Source of the DNA: a virus
Length of the DNA: 64,000 bases
Virus record (IMG/VR): IMGVR_UViG_3300048836_000098
Location: 1-64,000 of that record
Direction: 5' to 3' (one strand)
Both the position numbers and the translations under genes were made by a program. Of the stretch, positions 30,101 to 38,321 are shown in pieces. The first letter of the stretch is position 1. Each line of letters starts with the position of its first letter. Below the pieces are notes generated by a model that was given only the letters and a program-made list of their open reading frames with translations, was not told where the DNA came from and did no database searches.

Positions 30101-30253
30101 CTTCACGGTCGGCTCAACCATTATCTCACGACGTTCATCATCCGAAACAACCGCCGTAGGATGTTTAGGCGTGGGAATCGGATTGCCAAAGGAAGCGATT
30201 AAAACGCCCGTCTTAGAGTAGACTTCAATTTCAGTTCGCTTCGGATTAGCCAT
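27191..30253 (-). CDS. Tail spike/Tal-like (prophage tail endopeptidase family) protein
   Basis: NGESSFTF N-terminus; GKNITS...ITRLYPLG..LNI..VNGGKRYV; C-terminal coiled coil. Confidence 0.8.
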   Translation of the reverse strand: MANPKRTEIEVYSKTGVLIASFGNPIPTPKHPTAVVSDDERREIMVEPTVKLVQNGESSFTFKMLVSSEKFQLIKNPENRYHVNGRVYTALTDDAIVYGVEGEDARIATVTLVEEQYTLKKKYVQAHNVMTYSKSKATATTECAEYDRTNKVAVLATVVIASSDENFAKALLWDVTDTIYILEPSDTWLSAVKYINPVSITKTEDSIIITFYNYGGTIASGATALFGAGLESIDDHTVMILPKSNNKYKLSINSVQYEDSVVMDERDVLMPRGSAGYALWSVIRDTGWMLGTCDMIHADFNTSQVDAVCATAVRDFTALYGTYKASSDSWVFDLAQNTDSSFRRALNWAVGNTLYIADISTLDSVPQWENAPDSIAVSYFNATDSRITVKFANSGGAISNDCVVAFSNSGAALETKFTVPSTDAGFAYASTWEQGYSISIYDASGWSDAPVSARIVGIATNGDGNLDITILNLGGSISAGATAHFVSGNEMGVFNAETDAKDVFSNIESIQELYGGVIVFDSLHKVIHYRDEDKEGSDFNTWNGFTIKRGKNITSMPSVIWNADMITRLYPLGADKLNISLVNGGKRYVDDFSYTDTIYEGYAEQPNIYDTLDDGGMLQLLNWARREVSKVCRPRKTVKYENKVVDRRQIGGYEFDVFDLNSVVKAYYVDSEKGEETSELLRIVNWEYDVWNPLNHTTLEVGDIHANVRDIFKLIYKKTDEMPAFDAKGRISADDISVGSGSSSGRRGGGGGGGGGTLADALEEQIISNARFFQEFDDVRATIGFEAEYLRTFAGETRQSIGQVYVDLNEQEANLTAIVEHNYVDLDGKISTARAGLEAWTNANFARLSLLAGYYTKDETGTLVSSSVAGLRAEAYANFASATLLAEVDGRVASVTVTANAAAASVASIKADYVKIDAIGTYISGWLNASTAQANVLYVRELIVQNSFIVQPYSASWRSRSVCTSLDENTAYLLSSGTTSFSVVTGVNFSTQQVTTKAISNIQRTYIRSGDFSTINYLGR

Positions 30254-30274
30254 TCTTATTTATCTCCAATCGTC

Positions 30275-31585
30275 TTACCAGAGGAATCTGTCGAACCAAG
30301 TGGTCGCAATATGCGCTTCCGTGCAGTCATTCGCCGTGATAATGATAGTTCCGCCAACAGGAATCTTCACGAACTCGCCGCTTAGATATTGACGAACGTT
30401 TGTTTTGTTGCCGAAAGAATCTTCAAGGTAGCAGACTTCCTTTCCGTGGTCGATATACAGATAGTTTCCTGCGGGAACAGTTCCAGTCCACAGAATATCA
30501 ATATCGCCCATAGCGAACTCTGGATTCTCACATTCACCAGAAATTCGATTGATAACACCTACGGGAGCCATGCCAGCGTTCTGGATTAAGCCGCTACCAT
30601 TCACTTGCTTCTCAAATCGGTTATAGCCGTAGGCGGAAGCAGTCAGCGGGATAATCGCACGAACGAAACTTGGCCCTTCTTCAACCGCCAGTTCGCCGTC
30701 ATACTTAACGTCAAACGATACGCCCGTTCTCGCAAACGTGAGCGTCTTGGATTCATCTTTCGTAGCATCAAGTATCAACGTAATCTGCCGAACCAATGCG
30801 TCCTTCTCTGCTTGCGTCAAGTCATCATCCGACCACGCTACAACTTTGAATTGACGATTGCGATAGCGAGTGTGTTCCAGCGTTTCTCCGCTGACTCCTG
30901 CAATCTGAATTTCGTCTGACTCTGCTTCTGGTGCGCGAGGGATAACCGACTGCGACCAGTCCATCATCAATCCAAAAGGCATAATCCAATCGAACGCGGC
31001 ATCAAGATCGCCTTCTCCGACTTGCGCAGGATCGCCAATAATATAATCAGCGATAGCAGTCTTGGGGTCAGTATCGGAAGCATAAGCCGTATCGCGAATC
31101 GCAATAACCGCCTTGATAAATTCAGCAAGATCAGACAATCCAAACGAATCAATCGTGCGAATCAATGCGCGAACAGATGTGATCTCGTTAAGTTTTACCG
31201 ATTCCGTTGCTTGCAATAGCGTCGCCAACCTAGAAACGCTGTCAAGCATCTTGAATCGGTCTGTTACCATCAGGGAACAAATCATCGCAGAAACCGCATC
31301 AGTGATCCTTAGAGCGTCAGCAACGCGGAATAGAGCATAACTTCTAATCTGGTCTTGCGCGAATTCGAGTTCATCCGTCAACATATAGCGCGTCGAAAGC
31401 ATGATGGCATCCGACAAGCGCGGTGTTTCATAAATAACCGATATAGCCAAAAGGCGAGTGACAGCATCACCCGCATTAAAGAAGTCGTTCAATCTGAAAG
31501 TAATGACGTAGGTGGCACTGTTGTAAAGAGCGCCACCCGCGTTCGCTTTCTTATTGTAGAATACTCCGCTATTGTAGTTTGCCAT
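30275..31585 (-). CDS. Distal tail (Dit)-like protein with N-terminal extension
   Basis: IAGVSGE...R.F.V; IQNAG.APV..I.I; position directly before Tal. Confidence 0.6.
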   Translation of the reverse strand: MANYNSGVFYNKKANAGGALYNSATYVITFRLNDFFNAGDAVTRLLAISVIYETPRLSDAIMLSTRYMLTDELEFAQDQIRSYALFRVADALRITDAVSAMICSLMVTDRFKMLDSVSRLATLLQATESVKLNEITSVRALIRTIDSFGLSDLAEFIKAVIAIRDTAYASDTDPKTAIADYIIGDPAQVGEGDLDAAFDWIMPFGLMMDWSQSVIPRAPEAESDEIQIAGVSGETLEHTRYRNRQFKVVAWSDDDLTQAEKDALVRQITLILDATKDESKTLTFARTGVSFDVKYDGELAVEEGPSFVRAIIPLTASAYGYNRFEKQVNGSGLIQNAGMAPVGVINRISGECENPEFAMGDIDILWTGTVPAGNYLYIDHGKEVCYLEDSFGNKTNVRQYLSGEFVKIPVGGTIIITANDCTEAHIATTWFDRFLW

Positions 31586-31614
31586 GTCATTCCCCTTTGT
31601 TGGGTCGGTAGGCG

Positions 31615-31983
31615 TTAGTTCTTCTTTTCTTTAACCGTTTCAACGATTCCTTCAACCAGTGTGGCGGCGGCAATCGTGTACTTGCCTTGCTCAATATCAA
31701 GTTTCTCGCAGATGCCCTCTAAGATTATGCGGACGATTGCGGGGTCAACATTGAAGTTTAGTTTGCCGAACAGCGTAAGAACATAGTTGCGCTTTTCCTC
31801 GCCAGACAGGTCGGATAGATACTTTTCAGCACCATACACGAACAGCGGAAGAATAAACTTGGTCAGGAACGTTGCAATCGTCGGATTCTTCTTCGCCACC
31901 CACGGAAGAACGAACAGGAAAATCACCACGAGAATGAGTTCAATTAGAACTCCAATTACGCCGGAAATATCAATCGTGAACAT
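31615..31983 (-). CDS. Holin (LL-H-like)
   Basis: N-terminal TM segment; V..AE......GEEKR..V pattern. Confidence 0.7.
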   Translation of the reverse strand: MFTIDISGVIGVLIELILVVIFLFVLPWVAKKNPTIATFLTKFILPLFVYGAEKYLSDLSGEEKRNYVLTLFGKLNFNVDPAIVRIILEGICEKLDIEQGKYTIAAATLVEGIVETVKEKKN

Positions 31984-32013
31984 CTTAAATTCCTCCTACT
32001 TCTTACTGTGTAT

Positions 32014-32042
32014 ATTATATATTATTGTTCGTAGATAGTCAA
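32014..32042 (-). promoter_or_regulatory. sigma-A promoter with AT box
   Basis: Minus strand TTGACT-17-TATAAT within ATATATAATATA. Confidence 0.7.
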
Positions 32043-32044
32043 TC

Positions 32045-32470
32045 CTAGCCTTTCGCTTCGTCATCGTTAGAATCCGTAGTGGTCGTAGTTGTCTTTCCCG
32101 TAACGCTTGTTACGACGGTCGCGACGGTGCTTGCGATCTTCTGGATTATTCCATCCTTATCCTTACCGAGTCCGTTCTTGTTTAGACTGTCCTTCTCCTT
32201 GTAGGAAGTGATGCAGTATGCAATAATCGTTCCAAACAGCCCCGTAATCAAAGCCACGGTTACGGCAGAAGGAAAAGCGGGAGTAACGCCTTTTTCATAA
32301 ATAATGTGCTCCCAAATAAGAAATCCAACTACGGTAGGGTACATCACAATCAGGATGATCTTCTTGAACTCGTCAACCATTCGGGAAAGAAACGCAGAAC
32401 GCTTCTCGCGTCTGGCGCACTTCAATGCTTCAATCTCTTCTTTGGTTAGTCCTGCTTTTCTTATAAACAT
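32045..32470 (-). CDS. Two-TM membrane protein, holin-like
   Basis: Two hydrophobic helices; directly after the endolysin. Confidence 0.55.
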   Translation of the reverse strand: MFIRKAGLTKEEIEALKCARREKRSAFLSRMVDEFKKIILIVMYPTVVGFLIWEHIIYEKGVTPAFPSAVTVALITGLFGTIIAYCITSYKEKDSLNKNGLGKDKDGIIQKIASTVATVVTSVTGKTTTTTTDSNDDEAKG

Positions 32471-32473
32471 AAG

Positions 32474-33472
32474 CTACTCCTTGACTAGTTTCGCATTGTT
32501 CGGCAGTTCGTTCGATACGAATCCGTTTCCGTTCGGACATATCACGCCGTACCAACCAGTATTTTTGTCCATGCCAGTAAACGGAAGTCGCTCATTCTTT
32601 GCCGTATAAATTATATCGCCCGAAAGTCCTGCGGGGAATCGCACGTTGACTTTTCCTGTTATCTGCACATAAGCAGACGTAGGAGCGTTTTCCGAACCAT
32701 CTTCGAGAACGAGCGAGGTCAAATCCTTTTTGCTCGATATAAATGCTGTCATACCCTCGAATTCGATCATATACCACTTTGCGCCTGCACTGTCCGTTCC
32801 GAGATATGGATAGCGTTCGCCTTTGTGCGCATCGCCAATGTCATCGTATTGCGTTCCGCTTCCATTACGGATATTGACCTTATTGCCAAGCACGAGAACG
32901 TAGGGCGGTTTTACGATGGAAACTGGAACGGCTGGTTCGCTTTCAGTATTAGCAAACTTGCCATCGCTTATCACGATTGCCACATGCTTTCCTGCGGTCA
33001 GATATAAGCAGCCTTTCTTGGCATAGTCAGCACTCTCGCGCCATTCTGGTTCTCTATGCGCGATAAACTTCCCAGTTGCAAGAAATACCTTCTCCATGTT
33101 GTGCGTAGAGACGTTGGCGACTTTCAGACCAGCGAGATAATACACCGCACGAGCAAGGCTTGAACAGTCGAACTCGGAATCTTCCGCTCTGGATACATCT
33201 CCACCCGCAGAAAGAATTGCTTGCAATCCAGTTGCCCTATCCGTCTTGTCGTAACCAAAAGAATCATCAGCGGCAATCTTAATAGCGAAGTCAACAGCGC
33301 GAGCGGCTAAAGCGGAATCGGTGCATTCAAGAACAACGCCCCATCCGCCATCGCGGTTATACCAATTCTGTACGCGAATCTCTCTGCCCGTTTGATCTCC
33401 CGCTTGTCCGCCATATCCACCGCCGTTTTCGTCTCCAACGGCATGCACAATCTTAACTGCCATTTCAATCAC
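32474..33472 (-). CDS. Endolysin (NlpC/P60-CHAP-like peptidase plus two SH3b)
   Basis: DENG..GGQAGDQTG.E; FDCSS (Cys); GKHVAI (His); VNIR.G.GT and VNVR SH3b repeats. Confidence 0.88.
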   Translation of the reverse strand: MIEMAVKIVHAVGDENGGGYGGQAGDQTGREIRVQNWYNRDGGWGVVLECTDSALAARAVDFAIKIAADDSFGYDKTDRATGLQAILSAGGDVSRAEDSEFDCSSLARAVYYLAGLKVANVSTHNMEKVFLATGKFIAHREPEWRESADYAKKGCLYLTAGKHVAIVISDGKFANTESEPAVPVSIVKPPYVLVLGNKVNIRNGSGTQYDDIGDAHKGERYPYLGTDSAGAKWYMIEFEGMTAFISSKKDLTSLVLEDGSENAPTSAYVQITGKVNVRFPAGLSGDIIYTAKNERLPFTGMDKNTGWYGVICPNGNGFVSNELPNNAKLVKE

Positions 33473-33768
33473 TCCTTAGTCAAGTATCGAACAGGAATAC
33501 CCCAAACGTCACAATGACTTATCTCTTGACGAACGCCTTTGCTGACCTTCGATGCCACAATCATCTTATCGCACTCGGAAAGCAAATCAAGACAAATACG
33601 CATATCGTTTTCTTCGCCAAGTTCACCATATTTCAAGTGCGAGAACGCAAGAAGCGGACAGATGTACGTGTTATCGGGGTCTGCCATTTGCAGATCATGC
33701 GTGATCTTCGCCGCTTTTGCGATATTGGATTCATCATTCGAGTAAACATGCGCAACATAAACGAGCAT
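33469..33768 (-). CDS. DUF4406/nucleoside deoxyribosyltransferase-like protein
   Basis: VYVAHVY; CLDLLSECD; SKGVRQEI...GIPV. Confidence 0.7.
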   Translation of the reverse strand: MLVYVAHVYSNDESNIAKAAKITHDLQMADPDNTYICPLLAFSHLKYGELGEENDMRICLDLLSECDKMIVASKVSKGVRQEISHCDVWGIPVRYLTKE

Positions 33769-33779
33769 TTTGTTGTCTC

Positions 33780-35090
33780 CTAAATAATACTTCCGTACCA
33801 CATTTCGCGCAGGCCGTTTTCTTCGCTCCATACAAACGATACGACAGACTTTAACCCGCTCACGTAGCCTTGCTGATGCTCCCAATAAGAAGCGTTGCAG
33901 ATGGTCGGTAGGTAGCGGACAATGATTCCGCCAATATCTTCTGTCTGATTAACGTCGCGCTTCGCCTCAACGGTTTTTGTCGTGTGAAAGTGTCCTGCGT
34001 GTATCTCTGCGAATAGGCTCATGCCGTATTCTTTTCTCGCACGATGCTGTAGCCAACTAGCCATGTTCTTAGCTGGCATATCTCCGTGAGTGAATCCAAT
34101 CAGCGTAATACCGACGAGCCTGAATTTCTGCGGGTCTGACGCAGTATCAAACGTCACGTTGGCATCTTTTCTGAATGCCATTGCAACCGCCTTCATCAAC
34201 GCATACCCAATTAGTCTGTCGTGGTTTCCGCTGATATATATAACTTCTGTAGGCGCAATGTTCCCAAGCATTGTGATGGAATCAACGAGCATGTCTAGGA
34301 CTGTATCGTAGACCTTTTCCATTCTACCGTCCGCCTGCTGAAAAGTTCCATTGGTAGTCTCTTGTTTGTTGTTATCAAAGTGGAGAATGTCACCAAGCGT
34401 TACGAACATAATCTTTTTGAACTTGCGTCCCTTACAACGTTCGGCTATATCAAGCATGCATCTATTGAAATAGTCTCGCGCTATCGAAAGATCGTAGTCC
34501 TTTCCGGTTTCTACTCGCCAAGAAAGCAAGCCCGCGTGGAGGTCAGGCAAGTCAATCTCCAACACTTCTCCGTTCGGGTCGTACTGCAACGCGCTAGTGA
34601 CTGGCTTTTCGTTGGTAAACGTTTTAGTTTCAAAGTACGAATTAAGTTCGTCAATAAGAACCTTTTGTTCGCTAGGCTTCACCGTCAACTTCGACTGCCA
34701 CAAGGCAATCTTTTCTCCGCCCTTGACTTGCGACTGCCATACGTTTGAAGTAAAAACAACAACTTTCCACTCTGCTGGATTTAGGTTGTGCGCTTGCATA
34801 ACGATTTCAGGAGTAAGCTGTTCGCCAAGAAGCAACTCAATTATCTCGTCAAAGACGATCTCGCCTGTCTCTCGATATGTGGTCTTGCAGGGTTGTTGGT
34901 CTGCGGGAACTTCATGCGCCGTCTTATACCTATCGGTGTGCCTTACTCGTCCCCTGATAATCTCCTTGATAGAAGATTCGTGCATGTCTTTTGGGAAATG
35001 GCTTCTAAGCCGCTTAACTATCTCTGGATATCCGATTCTTTCATCAAAGACCATTCTTACTGCGTCATCTAGCCAAATGGGTTTATCCAT
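33780..35090 (-). CDS. Calcineurin-like metallophosphoesterase
   Basis: DLHAG; LGDILH; SGNHD; THGD; GHFH. Confidence 0.88.
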   Translation of the reverse strand: MDKPIWLDDAVRMVFDERIGYPEIVKRLRSHFPKDMHESSIKEIIRGRVRHTDRYKTAHEVPADQQPCKTTYRETGEIVFDEIIELLLGEQLTPEIVMQAHNLNPAEWKVVVFTSNVWQSQVKGGEKIALWQSKLTVKPSEQKVLIDELNSYFETKTFTNEKPVTSALQYDPNGEVLEIDLPDLHAGLLSWRVETGKDYDLSIARDYFNRCMLDIAERCKGRKFKKIMFVTLGDILHFDNNKQETTNGTFQQADGRMEKVYDTVLDMLVDSITMLGNIAPTEVIYISGNHDRLIGYALMKAVAMAFRKDANVTFDTASDPQKFRLVGITLIGFTHGDMPAKNMASWLQHRARKEYGMSLFAEIHAGHFHTTKTVEAKRDVNQTEDIGGIIVRYLPTICNASYWEHQQGYVSGLKSVVSFVWSEENGLREMWYGSII

Positions 35091-35120
35091 TGTTCCTCCT
35101 GAATGTTTCAAAGTTCAATT

Positions 35121-35918
35121 TTATCTGTGGTTTCGGATGACCACAATACCTGAACCACCGCCGCCGCCCCAGTGAGCGCTTGCATAGCCACCCTTAGCAC
35201 CTCCGCCGCCACCGCCTGTGTTTGCAGCAGCAGAATAGCCGTTGCCCTCGTCAACAGCGCCGTTCGCACCACCGCCAGCACCGCCATATCCATTTGGGCT
35301 TCCAGAGCCCAAGTCACCCTTTTTAGCGCCGCCACCTCCGCCTGCATATAGCGTAGCACCAGCTTCGCCAAACTCTCTTGTTGTAGTGCCTTGGCCAGTT
35401 CCTCCGGGTCTTGTATCGCTGCTTCCTCCAGCGCTGCCGTCTGAACCGCCATTTCCGGGAGCATTGGATGCATTGTACCCTGCCGCGCCACCGCCACAAC
35501 CGCCATTGCCACCCCATCTATTATCCGTAAGCCCTTGCGCACCAGAAGCACTATATCCAAATGCGCTTGATGCGCCTCCCGCCAAAGCGCTGCCTCCACC
35601 AGCGCCAACAATTATTGAATATGCTTGATTTGCGTTTAAAACGATATTGCGCCAAGTTCCGGTGTAACCGCCGCCGCCGCCAGCACCAGACACATAGGAG
35701 TTATCTGCTGTGTTGCCGCCACCACCGCCACCGCCAACAAGGAAAATATCCACCGCTATTCTTTTCTTAGGCGTGAATGTGCCGGACGTTAGGAACTTTA
35801 AGCGAAAGTTGTGATTACCGTCATCTACCCATGTGTATGTTCCGGTGTAGGTGAAATCATCTTCGGTGAATCCAGTTTGGAGCGATCCTGCAATACAAGC
35901 CATCATTAAGTGTCTCAT
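35121..35918 (-). CDS. Glycine-rich tail-fibre tip/adhesin-like protein
   Basis: VGGGGGGG, GAGGGGGY, ANTGGGGGG, GGSGIVVIR motifs; follows the fibre gene. Confidence 0.75.
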   Translation of the reverse strand: MRHLMMACIAGSLQTGFTEDDFTYTGTYTWVDDGNHNFRLKFLTSGTFTPKKRIAVDIFLVGGGGGGGNTADNSYVSGAGGGGGYTGTWRNIVLNANQAYSIIVGAGGGSALAGGASSAFGYSASGAQGLTDNRWGGNGGCGGGAAGYNASNAPGNGGSDGSAGGSSDTRPGGTGQGTTTREFGEAGATLYAGGGGGAKKGDLGSGSPNGYGGAGGGANGAVDEGNGYSAAANTGGGGGGAKGGYASAHWGGGGGSGIVVIRNHR

Positions 35919-37585
35919 GCTCCCGTGTTCCCCACGATTTCAATAAGATTGCTAGAAATCTTTCGCCAATAAACAACACCGTACTGCTCTGCTACTTTCA
36001 TTCTGCTTCCAGCGGATTGGAAGGACACGCCATCGCTTCCCGCTATAGTAAGCGTTCCAGTGCCAGCTCGTTTAATGAATCCGAGCGAACCATCAGCATA
36101 GCCGCCAACGGCTTGCGTAGCGAATGTTATAGTTTTGTCGGATGCACTTGTCATAACGACCATCTTGCGATTGTCCGAGGAAAGCATTGTGTAGTTATCT
36201 GTTTGGTCGTTAATCACGAGTGTAGAACTTTCAGCGCCAATGTCAGCAGGGGTCAGCGCGTCGCTCCCGCCAGTTGCGTGAGTTGATTTATGCGTGATTG
36301 CGGCGAAAACCAATCCAAGCGCCGTCTTAATCGCAGACCACAGAACAAACTTGGTTCTCGCGCCCGCCGTTGCGGAAGCGTCATTCAAAACAAGACAATC
36401 GCCATCAGCGATAGCATCGATTTCGGAAACGGCTTCCACGACCGTGCGCGTAACATCAGCACCATCAGCCACGTTTATAATCGTTCTTACGTTCGCCGCA
36501 GAAAGATCAGACGGCGCGGCGGCATCGCCACTTGCATTGCCCTTGATCGTTCCGTTCGCCATGTTAGCCAGTTTCGCGTTCGTGACTGCGCTTGCGACCA
36601 AATCATCCGTACTTCCTTGCTGAACCCAAGTATAATCGCTTCCAGCAATAGCCGTGCATCTAAACACGTTGCCAGAGGAAGTATTGACGTAGCGTTGACC
36701 AACAGTTCCGACAGTAGCCGAAGAAGGGTCGCCAGAGCCGCTTAGAAACGGCTTGCCAGTTATTTGAGCCTGTAGCTTACCAAGAGCGCCAAGAACCGTG
36801 TCCGTCGCTGTAATGACCGCTGACGTAGCCACATCGATTCCGGTTAGAACAACAGCGCGAACCTTAGCAGTTAATTCCTGCCAGTCTTTTCTTCCACCGT
36901 AGTAATACAAATCAGACGCAGACGTTGCTCCATGCGCAACGATAGTCGCTTGCTTCGCGCTTAATAGGTTGTCCGCTTCCGTCTTGGTGTAGTAGGTTGA
37001 AAGATCAACCGTCTTATAGATATCTTTCCATGCGGAACCAGTCGAGTCCCACATATAGATACTATCAACAGTTCCGCCGATAACAGCAAAGTCTCCGTCA
37101 GAACCAGTCGGATGCGCCGATTCAAGAGCACCAACCGTAGAGTAGTAACCTTTGATTTTTCCAGTGATTCCTTGAATTGTGGTGATGTTGTCTTTGACGG
37201 TTTCGATCTCGGTGCTTGCGTTTGCGATTCTCGTTGCGGAAACAGTAACAGTATCGCTACTCGTCAGAACAGAAGAAACGTCAAAGATAATCGCTCCGCC
37301 AACATAGTCAATCGTGAAGCCCGCACCAGCAGGAGTAATTACACTTCCGTTCTTTTTGATAACAGGCGCAGGACTAGAGAGCCACAAACGTTTTCCGTTC
37401 GCAACTTGGTAGATTCTGTATCGGTCGCTCTCGCTGATACTTACTTCTGGCATTGCGGTGTCCGTGATGGTTTCCGTAGTCAGATTAAGAATCGTTGAGA
37501 TTACATTAAGACCCTCTGATAAACCCGCCAGAAACGGGCTTACGACCTCTGTGGAGCCTGGGTCAAATTGCGGAATGCTTGCCAT
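35915..37585 (-). CDS. Tail fibre / receptor-binding protein
   Basis: DLSTYYTKTE, ATDTVLGALGKLQAQI, HATGGSDALTPADIGA fibre motifs. Confidence 0.8.
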   Translation of the reverse strand: MASIPQFDPGSTEVVSPFLAGLSEGLNVISTILNLTTETITDTAMPEVSISESDRYRIYQVANGKRLWLSSPAPVIKKNGSVITPAGAGFTIDYVGGAIIFDVSSVLTSSDTVTVSATRIANASTEIETVKDNITTIQGITGKIKGYYSTVGALESAHPTGSDGDFAVIGGTVDSIYMWDSTGSAWKDIYKTVDLSTYYTKTEADNLLSAKQATIVAHGATSASDLYYYGGRKDWQELTAKVRAVVLTGIDVATSAVITATDTVLGALGKLQAQITGKPFLSGSGDPSSATVGTVGQRYVNTSSGNVFRCTAIAGSDYTWVQQGSTDDLVASAVTNAKLANMANGTIKGNASGDAAAPSDLSAANVRTIINVADGADVTRTVVEAVSEIDAIADGDCLVLNDASATAGARTKFVLWSAIKTALGLVFAAITHKSTHATGGSDALTPADIGAESSTLVINDQTDNYTMLSSDNRKMVVMTSASDKTITFATQAVGGYADGSLGFIKRAGTGTLTIAGSDGVSFQSAGSRMKVAEQYGVVYWRKISSNLIEIVGNTGA

Positions 37586-37617
37586 GCTAGTTCCTCCGTT
37601 CCTGCGCCTGTTTCATG

Positions 37618-38247
37618 TTAGACCGAAGTCAGTGAGATTGTAAGCTGTAACGTCCAAGTGCCTGTCGTTTTCGTGCCAAGCGAAGCAACCTTGCGATTCA
37701 TCGCGATTGCACCTGCGCCAGAACCGTTCGTGATAGCTGCTTCGTTCCATGCGAAGTTCGCAGTAGAATCATCAAACGACGCTCTGAAAACGATTGTGCG
37801 TCCGCTTACCGTCGGATAGCCGCTATCCATCGCCGAGAAAGCCTTGTTCACGGTAGCGATAACGCCAGTCTGACTTGCCGCTTCTGCCGTGGAATCCGAC
37901 CCGACATAAATCTTTGCGTTTGCCGCAGAGAATGCCGTAGCACCAGATACGCCGCCGATCAGCTTCAGCATTTCGTTCGCGCCAGTATCAAGGATGATAT
38001 TCTGAACATCAGAACACACCTCGTAGGGTTGCTCGCCAATCGCAAGAACGCTCTCCATCGTCTTAGACTTGAACTTCTCAACGCGCCAGTGAACTTCCCA
38101 TGCAACATGCTCGGAGAACGCAAGCGCACGGTTCAGCATAGAGCGCATCTTCTTCAATTGCTCTTTCTTCTCGTCGGTTAAATTCTCCGGATTCTGTGCG
38201 GCTTTTTCGAGCATCATCGAAATTGCCTTGTATGCCATGCTTTCCAT
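37618..38247 (-). CDS. Minor tail/baseplate protein
   Basis: ANFAWNE..I.N...MNRKV..LGTK..GTWTL pattern typical of fibre-attachment domains. Confidence 0.55.
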   Translation of the reverse strand: MESMAYKAISMMLEKAAQNPENLTDEKKEQLKKMRSMLNRALAFSEHVAWEVHWRVEKFKSKTMESVLAIGEQPYEVCSDVQNIILDTGANEMLKLIGGVSGATAFSAANAKIYVGSDSTAEAASQTGVIATVNKAFSAMDSGYPTVSGRTIVFRASFDDSTANFAWNEAAITNGSGAGAIAMNRKVASLGTKTTGTWTLQLTISLTSV

Positions 38248-38321
38248 TTTTTATACCGTCTCCCTTTCGTTCTGTTCTGATTATATATCATATATTATTG
38301 AAACGCAAGTGGTTGTTGTGG

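Noticed and set aside
35121-37585. Diversity-generating retroelement targeting the fibre or Gly-rich gene
   Set aside because: No reverse transcriptase and no TR/VR pair differing at adenines was seen in the window.
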